Shown in pieces: positions 9,315 to 18,041 of a stretch of DNA of 64,000 bases. The notes beneath the pieces were generated by a model. It worked only from the letters and a program-made list of their open reading frames with translations. It made no database searches and was not told the origin of the DNA. Every line of letters begins with the position of its first letter. The first letter of the stretch is position 1. Origin of the DNA: an uncultured Clostridia bacterium (lineage in GTDB: Bacteria > Bacillota > Clostridia > Christensenellales > UBA1242); the NCBI GenBank assembly GCA_934772525.1, contig CAKVMI010000001.1, positions 118,613 to 182,612 on the forward strand, in the 5' to 3' direction. A program made the translations under genes and the position numbers.

Positions 9315-10946
9315 ATGGAAAAGAATGAATGGTGGAAAAGTGCCGTTGGTTATCAAATATATTTAAAAAGTTTTTTTGATTCAAACAATGATGGTGTTGG
9401 AGATATTGCGGGAATTACTAATAAATTAGATTACATAAAAAACCTTGGTGTTGATTTTATTTGGATAAGCCCATTTTTTGATTCACCGATGGACGATAAC
9501 GGTTATGATGTAAGAGATTATAAAAGCATATACTCTGAATACGGAACAATGGAAGACTTCAAAAATTTGATAGATAGAGCACATTCAATGGGTTTAAAAG
9601 TTATTGTGGATATGGTTATTAATCATACATCTTCTGAAAATAACTGGTTTGTAAAAAGTGTTGCTAGGGCTACGGGGTTTGATGATTTTTATTATTGGAA
9701 AGACCCAAAGTTTGACGAAAATGGAAAAATTCTGCCACCTAATAATTGGCAATCATTTTTTGGTGGAAGTGCATGGGAATACAATTCCGAAAGAGAACAG
9801 TTTTATTTAAGGTTGTTTTCAAAGTCTATGCCAGATATAAACTACAATTCAAGGGTTGCAATAAAACAAATTCAAGATGTAATGGAATTTTGGATGAATC
9901 TTTCGGTTGATGGCTTTAGAATGGATGCTATTTCGCATATTGGAAAGGTTGAAAGTTTTAAAGATGGAAAGGTTAATCATACTTACAAAATGTTCTCTAA
10001 TCTAGATAATGCACATGAGTTTTTAACAGACATTTTGAGTATTGTTAAAAATAAAAATATTGTAACCATGGGAGAACTTGGCGGTTGTCCAACAATTTAT
10101 GACCAGTTGAAATTCTCAGATTCAAAACGAAATGAATTGAACATGGTGTTCGAATTTTCTCATTTAAATAGATTTAACAAAAAAACGGGAAAACCTGACT
10201 ACAAAGCAATTATAAATTCGCTAAAAAATAAAGAGAAATTAATAAGTATGGGTGGTTGGTCTACATTATTTTGGACTAACCATGATTATCAACGACTTGT
10301 TTCTATGTATGGAAATAATAAAGCGCTTAGCAAAAGTGCATCTGCATTTGCAACGGCGATGTATTTATTAAAGGGTACCCCTATTATTTATCAAGGCGAA
10401 GAACTTGCAATGACGGGGTATCCATTTAAAAATGAAAATGAGTTTGAAGATGTAAACGCAAAAATGTTAATAAAATTAGCATCTACCGAAAGCGAAAAGA
10501 AAAAGGTATTTGAATCATTAAAAAATACAAGTCGAGATAATGCAAGAACAATAATGCAATGGAATGGTTCGGTGTATGCTGGATTTAGTGAGCATAAGCC
10601 ATGGTTTTTAGTAAATCCAAATTATCATTCGTTAAATGTGGCAGTTGAACAAACGGAAGAACATTCTGCACTTAATGAGTATAGAAAGATAATTGCTTTA
10701 AGAAAGGAAAATAGTGATGCGTTTTGCTTTGGAGATTGCACCTTTAAAAGGGCTCCACGTGGGGTGTGTAGATATATTAGAAGGTCGGGTAAAACGGAAT
10801 ATGATGTTATTGTAAACTTAACAGATGAAGTTAAAAAGTACTTGTTACCAGTAGGTGAAATTGTTTATACAAATTACGGCGAAGTAATAAGGGGCGAATT
10901 AAGTCCGTTTGAAGCTATTGTTTTAAAAAGACAAATATTGATATAA
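9315..10946 (+). CDS. GH13 alpha-glucosidase (oligo-1,6-glucosidase / trehalose-6-P hydrolase-like)
   Basis: WWKSAVGYQIY, DFIWISPFF, VDMVINHTS, GFRMDA (nucleophile region) and NHD motifs. No signal peptide. Confidence 0.85.
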   Translation: MEKNEWWKSAVGYQIYLKSFFDSNNDGVGDIAGITNKLDYIKNLGVDFIWISPFFDSPMDDNGYDVRDYKSIYSEYGTMEDFKNLIDRAHSMGLKVIVDMVINHTSSENNWFVKSVARATGFDDFYYWKDPKFDENGKILPPNNWQSFFGGSAWEYNSEREQFYLRLFSKSMPDINYNSRVAIKQIQDVMEFWMNLSVDGFRMDAISHIGKVESFKDGKVNHTYKMFSNLDNAHEFLTDILSIVKNKNIVTMGELGGCPTIYDQLKFSDSKRNELNMVFEFSHLNRFNKKTGKPDYKAIINSLKNKEKLISMGGWSTLFWTNHDYQRLVSMYGNNKALSKSASAFATAMYLLKGTPIIYQGEELAMTGYPFKNENEFEDVNAKMLIKLASTESEKKKVFESLKNTSRDNARTIMQWNGSVYAGFSEHKPWFLVNPNYHSLNVAVEQTEEHSALNEYRKIIALRKENSDAFCFGDCTFKRAPRGVCRYIRRSGKTEYDVIVNLTDEVKKYLLPVGEIVYTNYGEVIRGELSPFEAIVLKRQILI

Positions 10947-10976
10947 TTAGAGAAAGAAAATATTCTATATAATAAA

Positions 10977-11012
10977 AAGGAATTGCGAGGCTAAATGCAG
11001 TTCCTTTTATTT
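10977..11012 (+). terminator. Probable terminator after the glucosidase gene
   Basis: Stem AAGGAATTGC/GCAGTTCCTT (one G-U pair), 10-nt loop, T-rich tail. Confidence 0.5.
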
Positions 11013-11280
11013 TAAAAGAATTTTCAATTGTAATTCAATTAATTTTTAGAGCAATAAACTGATTTTTAAAAAATATTCTTCACATAAAATTTATATTGAA
11101 ATTTATTTGATTTATAAAATGTAGAGTAAAAAGAAAGTTCAAATAACAAAATTTTAATAAGGTAATGACTTTTTATGTAAGATAAAAAGTAGTGTTTTGA
11201 AAATAAAAAACAAAATGGGAAAACATAAAAAATAGTATTTTAGAAATAGATGGATTACTGAAGGATATAAAATGAAAATA

Positions 11281-11315
11281 AAAAAATAATTCCTAACTAA
11301 AATTTAGTTAGGAAT
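11281..11315 (-). terminator. Terminator of the tRNA-Met/tRNA-Glu unit
   Basis: 10-bp stem ATTCCTAACT/AGTTAGGAAT beginning 3 nt after the tRNA-Glu 3' end, followed on the minus strand by TTATTTTTT. Confidence 0.7.
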
Positions 11316-11318
11316 TTT

Positions 11319-11393
11319 TGGTGACCCCGACGGGAATCGAACCCATGATACCGCCGTGAAAGGGCGATGTCTTAACCTCTTGACCACGGGGCC
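11319..11393 (-). tRNA. tRNA-Glu (anticodon UUC)
   Basis: The reverse complement GGCCCCGTGGTCAAGAGGTTAAGACATCGCCCTTTCACGGCGGTATCATGGGTTCGATTCCCGTCGGGGTCACCA folds as a cloverleaf. Anticodon loop is CTTTCAC. CCA is encoded. Confidence 0.9.
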
Positions 11394-11413
11394 GTGGTAA
11401 CTTTATTAAATTG

Positions 11414-11490
11414 TGGTAGCGGTGAACGGATTCGAACCATTGACCTGCCGGGTATGAACCGGACGCTCTAGCCAACTGAGCTACACCGCC
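11414..11490 (-). tRNA. tRNA with CAU anticodon (elongator Met, or Ile2 if lysidinylated)
   Basis: The reverse complement GGCGGTGTAGCTCAGTTGGCTAGAGCGTCCGGTTCATACCCGGCAGGTCAATGGTTCGAATCCGTTCACCGCTACCA is very close to Bacillus-type elongator tRNA-Met. It lacks the initiator features (no CGCGGGG 5' end, no GGG/CCC anticodon stem). Confidence 0.85.
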
Positions 11491-11509
11491 AGAACCAGTA
11501 ACGAGAAAA

Positions 11510-11538
11510 ATTATACACTAAAAAATGATGCTTGTCAA
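11510..11538 (-). promoter_or_regulatory. Consensus sigma-A promoter of the tRNA unit
   Basis: The minus strand reads TTGACA, a 17-nt spacer, then TATAAT, about 20 nt upstream of tRNA-Met. Confidence 0.75.
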
Positions 11539-11662
11539 TGATTTTTTTAAACATTTTTTTATTTTTTGAAAATTTAATTTTGTTTTAATATTGTGACAAA
11601 GTTACTTTGTAATTTTTAAAAGTTATTATATAATATATATAATTAATTTGGAGATATAAGAA

Positions 11663-12874
11663 ATGGATTATACAAATGTTTATTATCAAGATGTAATTGG
11701 TAGTAGGGTTTTACCGAATGATATTTATGAGTTCGGGAAACTATCTATGTCTAACCCAGAAATTATGGCAATATTTTCTGGGTTGCAAATTACTTTTGGA
11801 GAAGACGTATTGTTGACTATAAAAGAACTTTTGGAGGATACCAAAAACATAGTACCAATTTGCTCTAATATGGAATTACAAAAATGTAATTTAGAACAAC
11901 GTGAAAGTGATATGCGTGCAGTTGATGAATTGCTTAGAAGAAAAAAAGAAGTTATAAAAACTAGAATAGGTGAAATTTCGGAAATTGAAGCCGAATTTAA
12001 AGATTGTTTGGAGCGAATGGACACCGACGGTATGAGTGTTTGCTCAAAATTATTAGTGGCTAAAAATACCGAAACCGAGAGCGATAGTGGCGAATGTGCA
12101 ACTATTGTAAAAGAATTAGATAGTTACACAAAGTTATTTAATGATGCAAGTGATAGTTATAATAAGTGTAAAAAGGTTTTGGACGATAGTACGATGGATT
12201 TTAGTGAACAATTAGAAACACTTGCAATAAAAGATTTGACTAAATTTAAGGCTTTTTGCGAATTTGATAATAGCGTATTTTTAGAGATTGTACAAAATGG
12301 TGTAAATGCGGTAAATACAAATCTGGCATCAAAGTTTGGTGGTAAACTACAAGCGGAAGAAGTTCTTGAAAAAAATGTGTTTATATTAGAACTGCTTGCT
12401 GGGTTTTATGGCTCAGCGTATAAGTTGATTGAATATATGAAAGGCTTTTTGGTTGAAAATAAAATGGAACTTGGTGTGTTTGATACTAAGGTTGCAAAAA
12501 GACACATTACAGTTTTAAATTCATTTGGTCAATATCTAAATGGCGAATTTGGTGTTAAATATGTGTTAGCGTATTTGCCAACAAAACTCAGAAAAGAACA
12601 AATAATCACATTAAAACTTTACAATGATTATTTAAAAGATAAAATTCAAGGAAAGAAGAATATAGAGTTTTCTGCTGAGCGAGATAAAATATTTGATTAC
12701 GTAAAAAAGAATAACGACCCATTAACCATTTGTTTAGTTGGTGCTATGAATGAGTTGGATATGGTGACGCTTTCGGTATCTAATAGTGCAAGTTTTACAA
12801 ACAGCACAATAGAAGAAGATGATTTAGTACATAAATTGCTGAATGATGCCGACATTAAAAGATTTGAAGACTAA
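11663..12874 (+). CDS. Hypothetical, predicted all-helical cytoplasmic protein
   Basis: 403-aa ORF with a GGAGA RBS. I recognise no motif. Confidence 0.55.
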   Translation: MDYTNVYYQDVIGSRVLPNDIYEFGKLSMSNPEIMAIFSGLQITFGEDVLLTIKELLEDTKNIVPICSNMELQKCNLEQRESDMRAVDELLRRKKEVIKTRIGEISEIEAEFKDCLERMDTDGMSVCSKLLVAKNTETESDSGECATIVKELDSYTKLFNDASDSYNKCKKVLDDSTMDFSEQLETLAIKDLTKFKAFCEFDNSVFLEIVQNGVNAVNTNLASKFGGKLQAEEVLEKNVFILELLAGFYGSAYKLIEYMKGFLVENKMELGVFDTKVAKRHITVLNSFGQYLNGEFGVKYVLAYLPTKLRKEQIITLKLYNDYLKDKIQGKKNIEFSAERDKIFDYVKKNNDPLTICLVGAMNELDMVTLSVSNSASFTNSTIEEDDLVHKLLNDADIKRFED

Positions 12875-13705
12875 CTATAAATTTATTATGTGTTCGGGAG
12901 TATGTAATTTTTTTGGTTTTTGTTCTTTAGGTTTAAATATGATGCACAAAATAAAAAACATAAAACTTATACCAGCACAAATTCTGTAGTATATTTTTAG
13001 TGGTGTAAAGAAACTAATAATTAAAAGAAGAATTGAGATACTCAAAAATTTTCTAATATTGATTTTAGAAAAGACTTGTTTCAATTCTTCTTTTCTATTT
13101 CTTTTGGATGTTTCTTCTTTAATTGTAGGGAAAGCGTTTAACGCTTTAAATAAATTGAATGTATCTACTTTGTCGTACAAAATGAGATTGGGGTTGTTAT
13201 TGGATATTTCAATTGCGTTTATAGGAAAGGAGTTTGCTAAAAAAATAAAGTTTTGAGCATTTGTATTTTTTGCGATATTTAAAAATTTGAAAATATCCGA
13301 AAGTTTAGCAGTATCCGCTAAAAAATCAAAGTCAAGAGCGAAATTGTTATGAGTGTCATTATTTTGAATTAATAGAATATCATCAATGGTTGAAACAGAA
13401 AATTTTGAGTTAGCCGAAAAACTATTTGATAAAAATTGTCTAATTTCGTTAGGGTTTGAAACGGATAAACTATCAAAGGTTTTTTGAAGGCGCGATTGTT
13501 CATCTTTTTGAAGGCTTTTGATTTTGCTTTTTGAATTTAAATACTGTAACAGCACTAAAAAAATGAGCGTTCCTAAAATAGACCCTACAATCAAACTGAA
13601 CGCGCGTGCTTTAAATATGCTATTTATGATTAAAATGTTTAATATTACAAGCATAATAAAATAAAAACTTCTATCTAAAAATACCGAAAATGCAGTTTGT
13701 TTCAT
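12875..13705 (-). CDS. Hypothetical membrane protein (2 N-terminal and 2 C-terminal TM segments around a soluble domain)
   Basis: Hydrophobic segments FYFIMLVILNILIINSIF, SLIVGSILGTLIFLVLL, FLSISILLLIISFF and ICAGISFMFFILCIIF. RBS AGGAGA. Its stop codon abuts the stop of the convergent gene. Confidence 0.55.
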   Translation of the reverse strand: MKQTAFSVFLDRSFYFIMLVILNILIINSIFKARAFSLIVGSILGTLIFLVLLQYLNSKSKIKSLQKDEQSRLQKTFDSLSVSNPNEIRQFLSNSFSANSKFSVSTIDDILLIQNNDTHNNFALDFDFLADTAKLSDIFKFLNIAKNTNAQNFIFLANSFPINAIEISNNNPNLILYDKVDTFNLFKALNAFPTIKEETSKRNRKEELKQVFSKINIRKFLSISILLLIISFFTPLKIYYRICAGISFMFFILCIIFKPKEQKPKKLHTPEHIINL

Positions 13706-13853
13706 AATAATCTCCTAAAATAATTATTAACAAAACCACGCAAAGTATTCTAAAATAAATTCTTTTAGTGTATTTGTATAGTCGGCATTTTTCTTTGATT
13801 TTTACAAATGATTTTGCTATACTAATAGTAGAAAATTGTTTCGGAGAAAATTT

Positions 13854-15161
13854 ATGAATATTTTAGAACTAATAGAAAAAAAACGTGACGGCGAAGAACT
13901 AAGCCTCGAAGAACTTGAATTTTTCGTTCAAGGGGTAATGAAAGAAAAGTTTAAGGGGAGTCAGATTGGTGCTTTATTGATGGCTATTACTAATAGAGGT
14001 TTTAGTGTAAGTGAAGCGTATAACTATGCCGAATGTTTGGTTGATAGCGGAATAAGGCTTAACGTATCCGATGTTGTTGATAATGCTGTTGATAAACATA
14101 GTACTGGTGGCGTTAGCGATGCTTGTACGCTTGTAGTGTTGCCCGTTCTTGCAAGTCTTGGGTATAAAGTTGCAAAGTTTAGTACAAAAAACATAGGAGC
14201 GTCTTTTGGCACTCTTGATAGACTTAGTGTCTTTAATGGCTATGCGCCAAATATTAGTTTTGATAGATTTTTCCAAATTTTAAAAGATGTTGGTATCTCA
14301 ATTATAGGCGAGAATGATAAACTAATACCAGCAGATAAAATTATTTACAAATTTCGTGAAGAAACGGGTACGGTTCCAAGTGTTCCCCTTATTGCAAGTT
14401 CAATTATGGCAAAGAAAATTGCTATGGGAACAAAGACTGTTGTAATAGATGTTAAGTGTGGTGAAGGGTCATTACTTAGTGACCAAGACCAAGCAGAAAA
14501 ATTAGCAACGTTAATGGTTAATATTGGCAAAATGGCGGGTATTAATACAACGGCAATTCTTTCAAACTTAGACCAACCGCTTGGCAGAAGTATAGGTCCT
14601 ATGCTTGAAACTAGAGAAGCGTTGAAGTTATTAAATGGAGATGTAGAACTATTTGATAGCGATTTATATAATATGTGTAAAGAAATGGTTACGCATATTT
14701 TACTGAGTACAGGCAAAGCAAAATCTCGTCAGTCTGCTGGTGAAATGTTTGACGAAGTTGTGGCAAATAAATCTGCATTTAAAAAACTAAAGGCTATGGT
14801 AAAGGCTCATGGCGGAGATACCTTTGCGTTTGATGATATAGATTCGTTAATTCCTCCAGTAAATACTATTTATGTTGTGGCAGATAAATCGGGTTATATT
14901 ACAAATGTAGATACAAAGGGATTATATCAAGCAATTAATGTAATTGGTGCAACCGAAAGCGGAGAAATAAATAGATTTGTTGGGCTTGATATAATTGTAA
15001 GAGAAGGGGATAAAATTAAAGAAGGTGATAAACTTGCTAAAGTTTATTATGCGATAACCGACCCAAATTTTGCGTCTGCTGTTACATGTATAAGGAAATG
15101 CTTTAATATTGGAAAGGTTAGACCAAACTTGAATTCATTAATTAAGAAAATAATTTTTTAA
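13854..15161 (+). CDS. pdp: Pyrimidine-nucleoside (thymidine) phosphorylase
   Basis: MNILELIEKKRDGEELSLEE..., VDKHSTGGV and the overall length fit. Start moved from TTG 13836 to ATG 13854, which lies behind a GGAGA RBS. Confidence 0.9.
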   Translation: MNILELIEKKRDGEELSLEELEFFVQGVMKEKFKGSQIGALLMAITNRGFSVSEAYNYAECLVDSGIRLNVSDVVDNAVDKHSTGGVSDACTLVVLPVLASLGYKVAKFSTKNIGASFGTLDRLSVFNGYAPNISFDRFFQILKDVGISIIGENDKLIPADKIIYKFREETGTVPSVPLIASSIMAKKIAMGTKTVVIDVKCGEGSLLSDQDQAEKLATLMVNIGKMAGINTTAILSNLDQPLGRSIGPMLETREALKLLNGDVELFDSDLYNMCKEMVTHILLSTGKAKSRQSAGEMFDEVVANKSAFKKLKAMVKAHGGDTFAFDDIDSLIPPVNTIYVVADKSGYITNVDTKGLYQAINVIGATESGEINRFVGLDIIVREGDKIKEGDKLAKVYYAITDPNFASAVTCIRKCFNIGKVRPNLNSLIKKIIF

Positions 15162-15180
15162 GGTAGGGTGAAATAGTTTT

Positions 15181-15867
15181 GTGCTATTTGCAAAAAAATT
15201 AAAAAATGATTACGGTGTAAGTTTAGATGAAAAAAACATAAACAAACTTATAGATTTTACCAATTTGAGCCCAATAGTTTCGCATAAAGAGTTGGAAAGA
15301 TTTATTTGTACAGCGTATAAAAATAAATATTTTAGTGTAGTTGTAAATCCTGTTGATGTGGAATTTTGTAAGCAGTTTATAGATTATAAGTTTAAAAGTT
15401 CTATTAAGGTGGGTACGGTTATAAGTTTTCCGCTTGGTGCGGACACTATAGAGTCTAAAGTGTTTCAAATAAAACGAGCAATCAAAGATGGTGTGGATGA
15501 AATAGATGTAGTTATTACACTTTCTAAAATTAAAATGAATGATTGGTCGTATTTGAAAATCGAACTTGGAAGGTTAAGGCGTGCTTGTCGAAAAAAGATT
15601 TTGAAGGTTGTAATAGAAACGGCGGTTTTAACAAAACAAGAAATCGAAAAAATAAGTATTTTATGTGCAAGAGCAAGAGTTGACTACATAATGACTTGCA
15701 CGGGGTTTGCTGATGGCGGTGCGAGTCCTGAAGTTGTTGATATTATAAGAGCGGTAATTAAAAACAAGTGTGGCATAAAAGCGTCGGGTGGAATTGAAAC
15801 AAAAGCACAAGCGGTAAATTTAATTCGAATAGGTGCAAATAGAATAGGAACTAGTAGAGAGATTTAA
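15181..15867 (+). CDS. deoC: Deoxyribose-phosphate aldolase
   Basis: DeoC layout with the Schiff-base Lys region (GIKASGGI) and VDVVI. It sits downstream of pdp. GTG start. Confidence 0.85.
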   Translation: MLFAKKLKNDYGVSLDEKNINKLIDFTNLSPIVSHKELERFICTAYKNKYFSVVVNPVDVEFCKQFIDYKFKSSIKVGTVISFPLGADTIESKVFQIKRAIKDGVDEIDVVITLSKIKMNDWSYLKIELGRLRRACRKKILKVVIETAVLTKQEIEKISILCARARVDYIMTCTGFADGGASPEVVDIIRAVIKNKCGIKASGGIETKAQAVNLIRIGANRIGTSREI

Positions 15868-15869
15868 TT

Positions 15870-16286
15870 ATGGAAGAAAGATACATTAGTAATAGTTTAG
15901 AAGAAACCGAAAAAATAGCGGAAGACTTTGCAAAGACGTTAAAGTCGGGAGATATAGTTTTGCTTAGTGGTGACCTTGGTGCGGGCAAAACCCAATTTAC
16001 AAAAGGTGTGGCAAAAGGTCTTGGAATAAATGACACTATACCTAGTCCTACATTTACTATTATGAATAGTTATGAAAATAGACTTTTCCATTTTGACTTA
16101 TATAGATTGCATTCATTTGAAGAACTTATAAATGTTGGTGCGGAAGAATTTTTGTATTCGAATGGCATAAGTATTTTAGAATGGCCAGAATGTGTAGGTC
16201 TTGAAAATTTTCCAAATTATGCTATAATGGTAACAATTTTAAAATTAGATGAATTTAAAAGGGAAATTGTGATTAGGAGAAATTAA
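15870..16286 (+). CDS. tsaE: tRNA t6A37 biosynthesis ATPase TsaE
   Basis: Walker A GDLGAGKTQFTKG, SPTFT motif, 138 aa. Confidence 0.85.
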   Translation: MEERYISNSLEETEKIAEDFAKTLKSGDIVLLSGDLGAGKTQFTKGVAKGLGINDTIPSPTFTIMNSYENRLFHFDLYRLHSFEELINVGAEEFLYSNGISILEWPECVGLENFPNYAIMVTILKLDEFKREIVIRRN

Positions 16287-16885
16287 TGAAATACTTAGCA
16301 TTTGATTGTTCTAGCAGTGATATTTTGGTGTGTGCAGTAAATGAAGAAAAGTGTATGAATTTAGTTAAAAAAGATAGCAGTGGAACGGAACATTTAATGG
16401 AAACTATTGATGAAGGGCTACGCCTTGTAGGGTTAAGTCTTTGTGATATAGATTACATAGGTGTATCGGTAGGTCCAGGGTCTTGGACGGGTGCTCGAGT
16501 TGCGGTTGTGACAGCGCTTGGTATTTTGGCGGGACTTAAAAAACAAATAAAGATTGTAAAGTTTAACGCATTTGACTTGATTTCATATAATGAAATAGAA
16601 AGTGATGCGGTTTTAGCGGTAAAGGCTTACGCGAACTTTGTATATATCAAAAAAAATGGGGAGTGTAGATGCGTTGAAAAGAAGTCGGTAGAAAGCGAAA
16701 AAATTGTATGCAGTGAACCATTGTTTGAAGGAGTTCAGATTGTCGAAAGAAATTTAAAAAGAGTTATGGATAGTAAAATTGCAAGTGGCGATTTTGCGTC
16801 CGAAAATGACCTTGAACCAATGTATTTAAGGCTTAGTCAAGCAGAGATTCAGCTCGCAAACAAAAGGAGTAAAAATGATAATTAG
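16286..16885 (+). CDS. tsaB: tRNA t6A37 biosynthesis protein TsaB
   Basis: MKYLAFDCSS... and VGPGSWTGARV motif. It overlaps the tsaE stop and the rimI start. Confidence 0.8.
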   Translation: MKYLAFDCSSSDILVCAVNEEKCMNLVKKDSSGTEHLMETIDEGLRLVGLSLCDIDYIGVSVGPGSWTGARVAVVTALGILAGLKKQIKIVKFNAFDLISYNEIESDAVLAVKAYANFVYIKKNGECRCVEKKSVESEKIVCSEPLFEGVQIVERNLKRVMDSKIASGDFASENDLEPMYLRLSQAEIQLANKRSKNDN

Positions 16886-17303
16886 AAGGGCTAAAATTGA
16901 AGATGTTGAAGAAATATTTTCAATTAGAAATTCGACCGATGGAAGAATTGAAAAAAGTTCAATATTAGATGAGATTATAAACCCTAATTATTTAGTTCTA
17001 GTTGCCGAAGAAAATGGGGAAATTGCTGGTTTTCTAAGTGTAATAAAAAATTATGACTGTGCCGATGTTATGATGATTGCAACAGGTTTATCGTATAGAC
17101 GAAAGGGGGTTGCAACAAAACTTTTAAGCGAAGCGATTGGGATGCTAAAGAACTTAGGAGTTAATAGATTATTGCTTGAAGTAAACGAAACTAATATAGG
17201 AGCAATAGAACTATATAAAAAATTGGGTTTTAAACAAATTTCAATTAGGAAAAAATATTACAAAGGGCAGTTTGATGCGTTAATTATGGAAAGATTTATT
17301 TAG
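16875..17303 (+). CDS. rimI: GNAT acetyltransferase, RimI-like
   Basis: Acetyl-CoA motif RRKGVATKLL, 142 aa, in the canonical position after tsaB. Confidence 0.75.
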   Translation: MIIRRAKIEDVEEIFSIRNSTDGRIEKSSILDEIINPNYLVLVAEENGEIAGFLSVIKNYDCADVMMIATGLSYRRKGVATKLLSEAIGMLKNLGVNRLLLEVNETNIGAIELYKKLGFKQISIRKKYYKGQFDALIMERFI

Positions 17304-17315
17304 TTACGGGGGCTA

Positions 17316-18029
17316 ATGTTGTATTACGAAATGATTGGCAACACCAAAGAAAATGTTGTATTGTTTTTGCACGGATGGGGAGCAGATTGTACAAGTTTTA
17401 GGGGTGTTGTTTTTAATTTACCAAAAAACGACGTTTCGTATATGCTTGTAGATTTTCCTGGGTTTGGCAAAAGTGAAGAACCGACTAGAAGTTATAGTGT
17501 ATTAGATTACGCTGAAGAAATAATAACATTATTAGATAATCTCAAAATAAGTAAAGTGACTATTGTTGGGCATTCGTTTGGTGGACGGGTTGGTATAGTT
17601 CTTGCGAGTAAATTTTCAGAGCGTGTTAAAAAACTTATTTTAGTTGATAGTGCGGGAGTAATAGAAGGGCGTGGGTTATACTACCACTTAAAGGTTGGGT
17701 GTTATAAATTAAAGGTAAAATTGTTCGGTCGAGAAAAAGTAAAACTTGCGGGGTCGGATGACTACAAAGCGTTAAAAAGTGATGTAATGCGTGAAACATT
17801 TAAAAAGGTTGTTAATGAAGATTTGCTAGATTTATCTAAAAATATAAAGACACCAACCGTTTTGATTTGGGGAGATAAAGATAAGGCAACTTCCTTAAAA
17901 GCGGGCAGGAAACTAAATAAGGCAATAAAAAACTCTAAACTTGTTGTACTTAAAGGTGCGGGTCACTTTTGTTTTCTTGACAAACCGACCGAATTTGTTT
18001 ATATTTTATATGAAAGTATTTTTTTGTAA
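17316..18029 (+). CDS. Alpha/beta-fold hydrolase
   Basis: HGWG oxyanion region, nucleophile elbow GHSFGG, and a C-terminal GAGH catalytic His region. Confidence 0.8.
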   Translation: MLYYEMIGNTKENVVLFLHGWGADCTSFRGVVFNLPKNDVSYMLVDFPGFGKSEEPTRSYSVLDYAEEIITLLDNLKISKVTIVGHSFGGRVGIVLASKFSERVKKLILVDSAGVIEGRGLYYHLKVGCYKLKVKLFGREKVKLAGSDDYKALKSDVMRETFKKVVNEDLLDLSKNIKTPTVLIWGDKDKATSLKAGRKLNKAIKNSKLVVLKGAGHFCFLDKPTEFVYILYESIFL

Positions 18030-18041
18030 GGAAATTAAATT

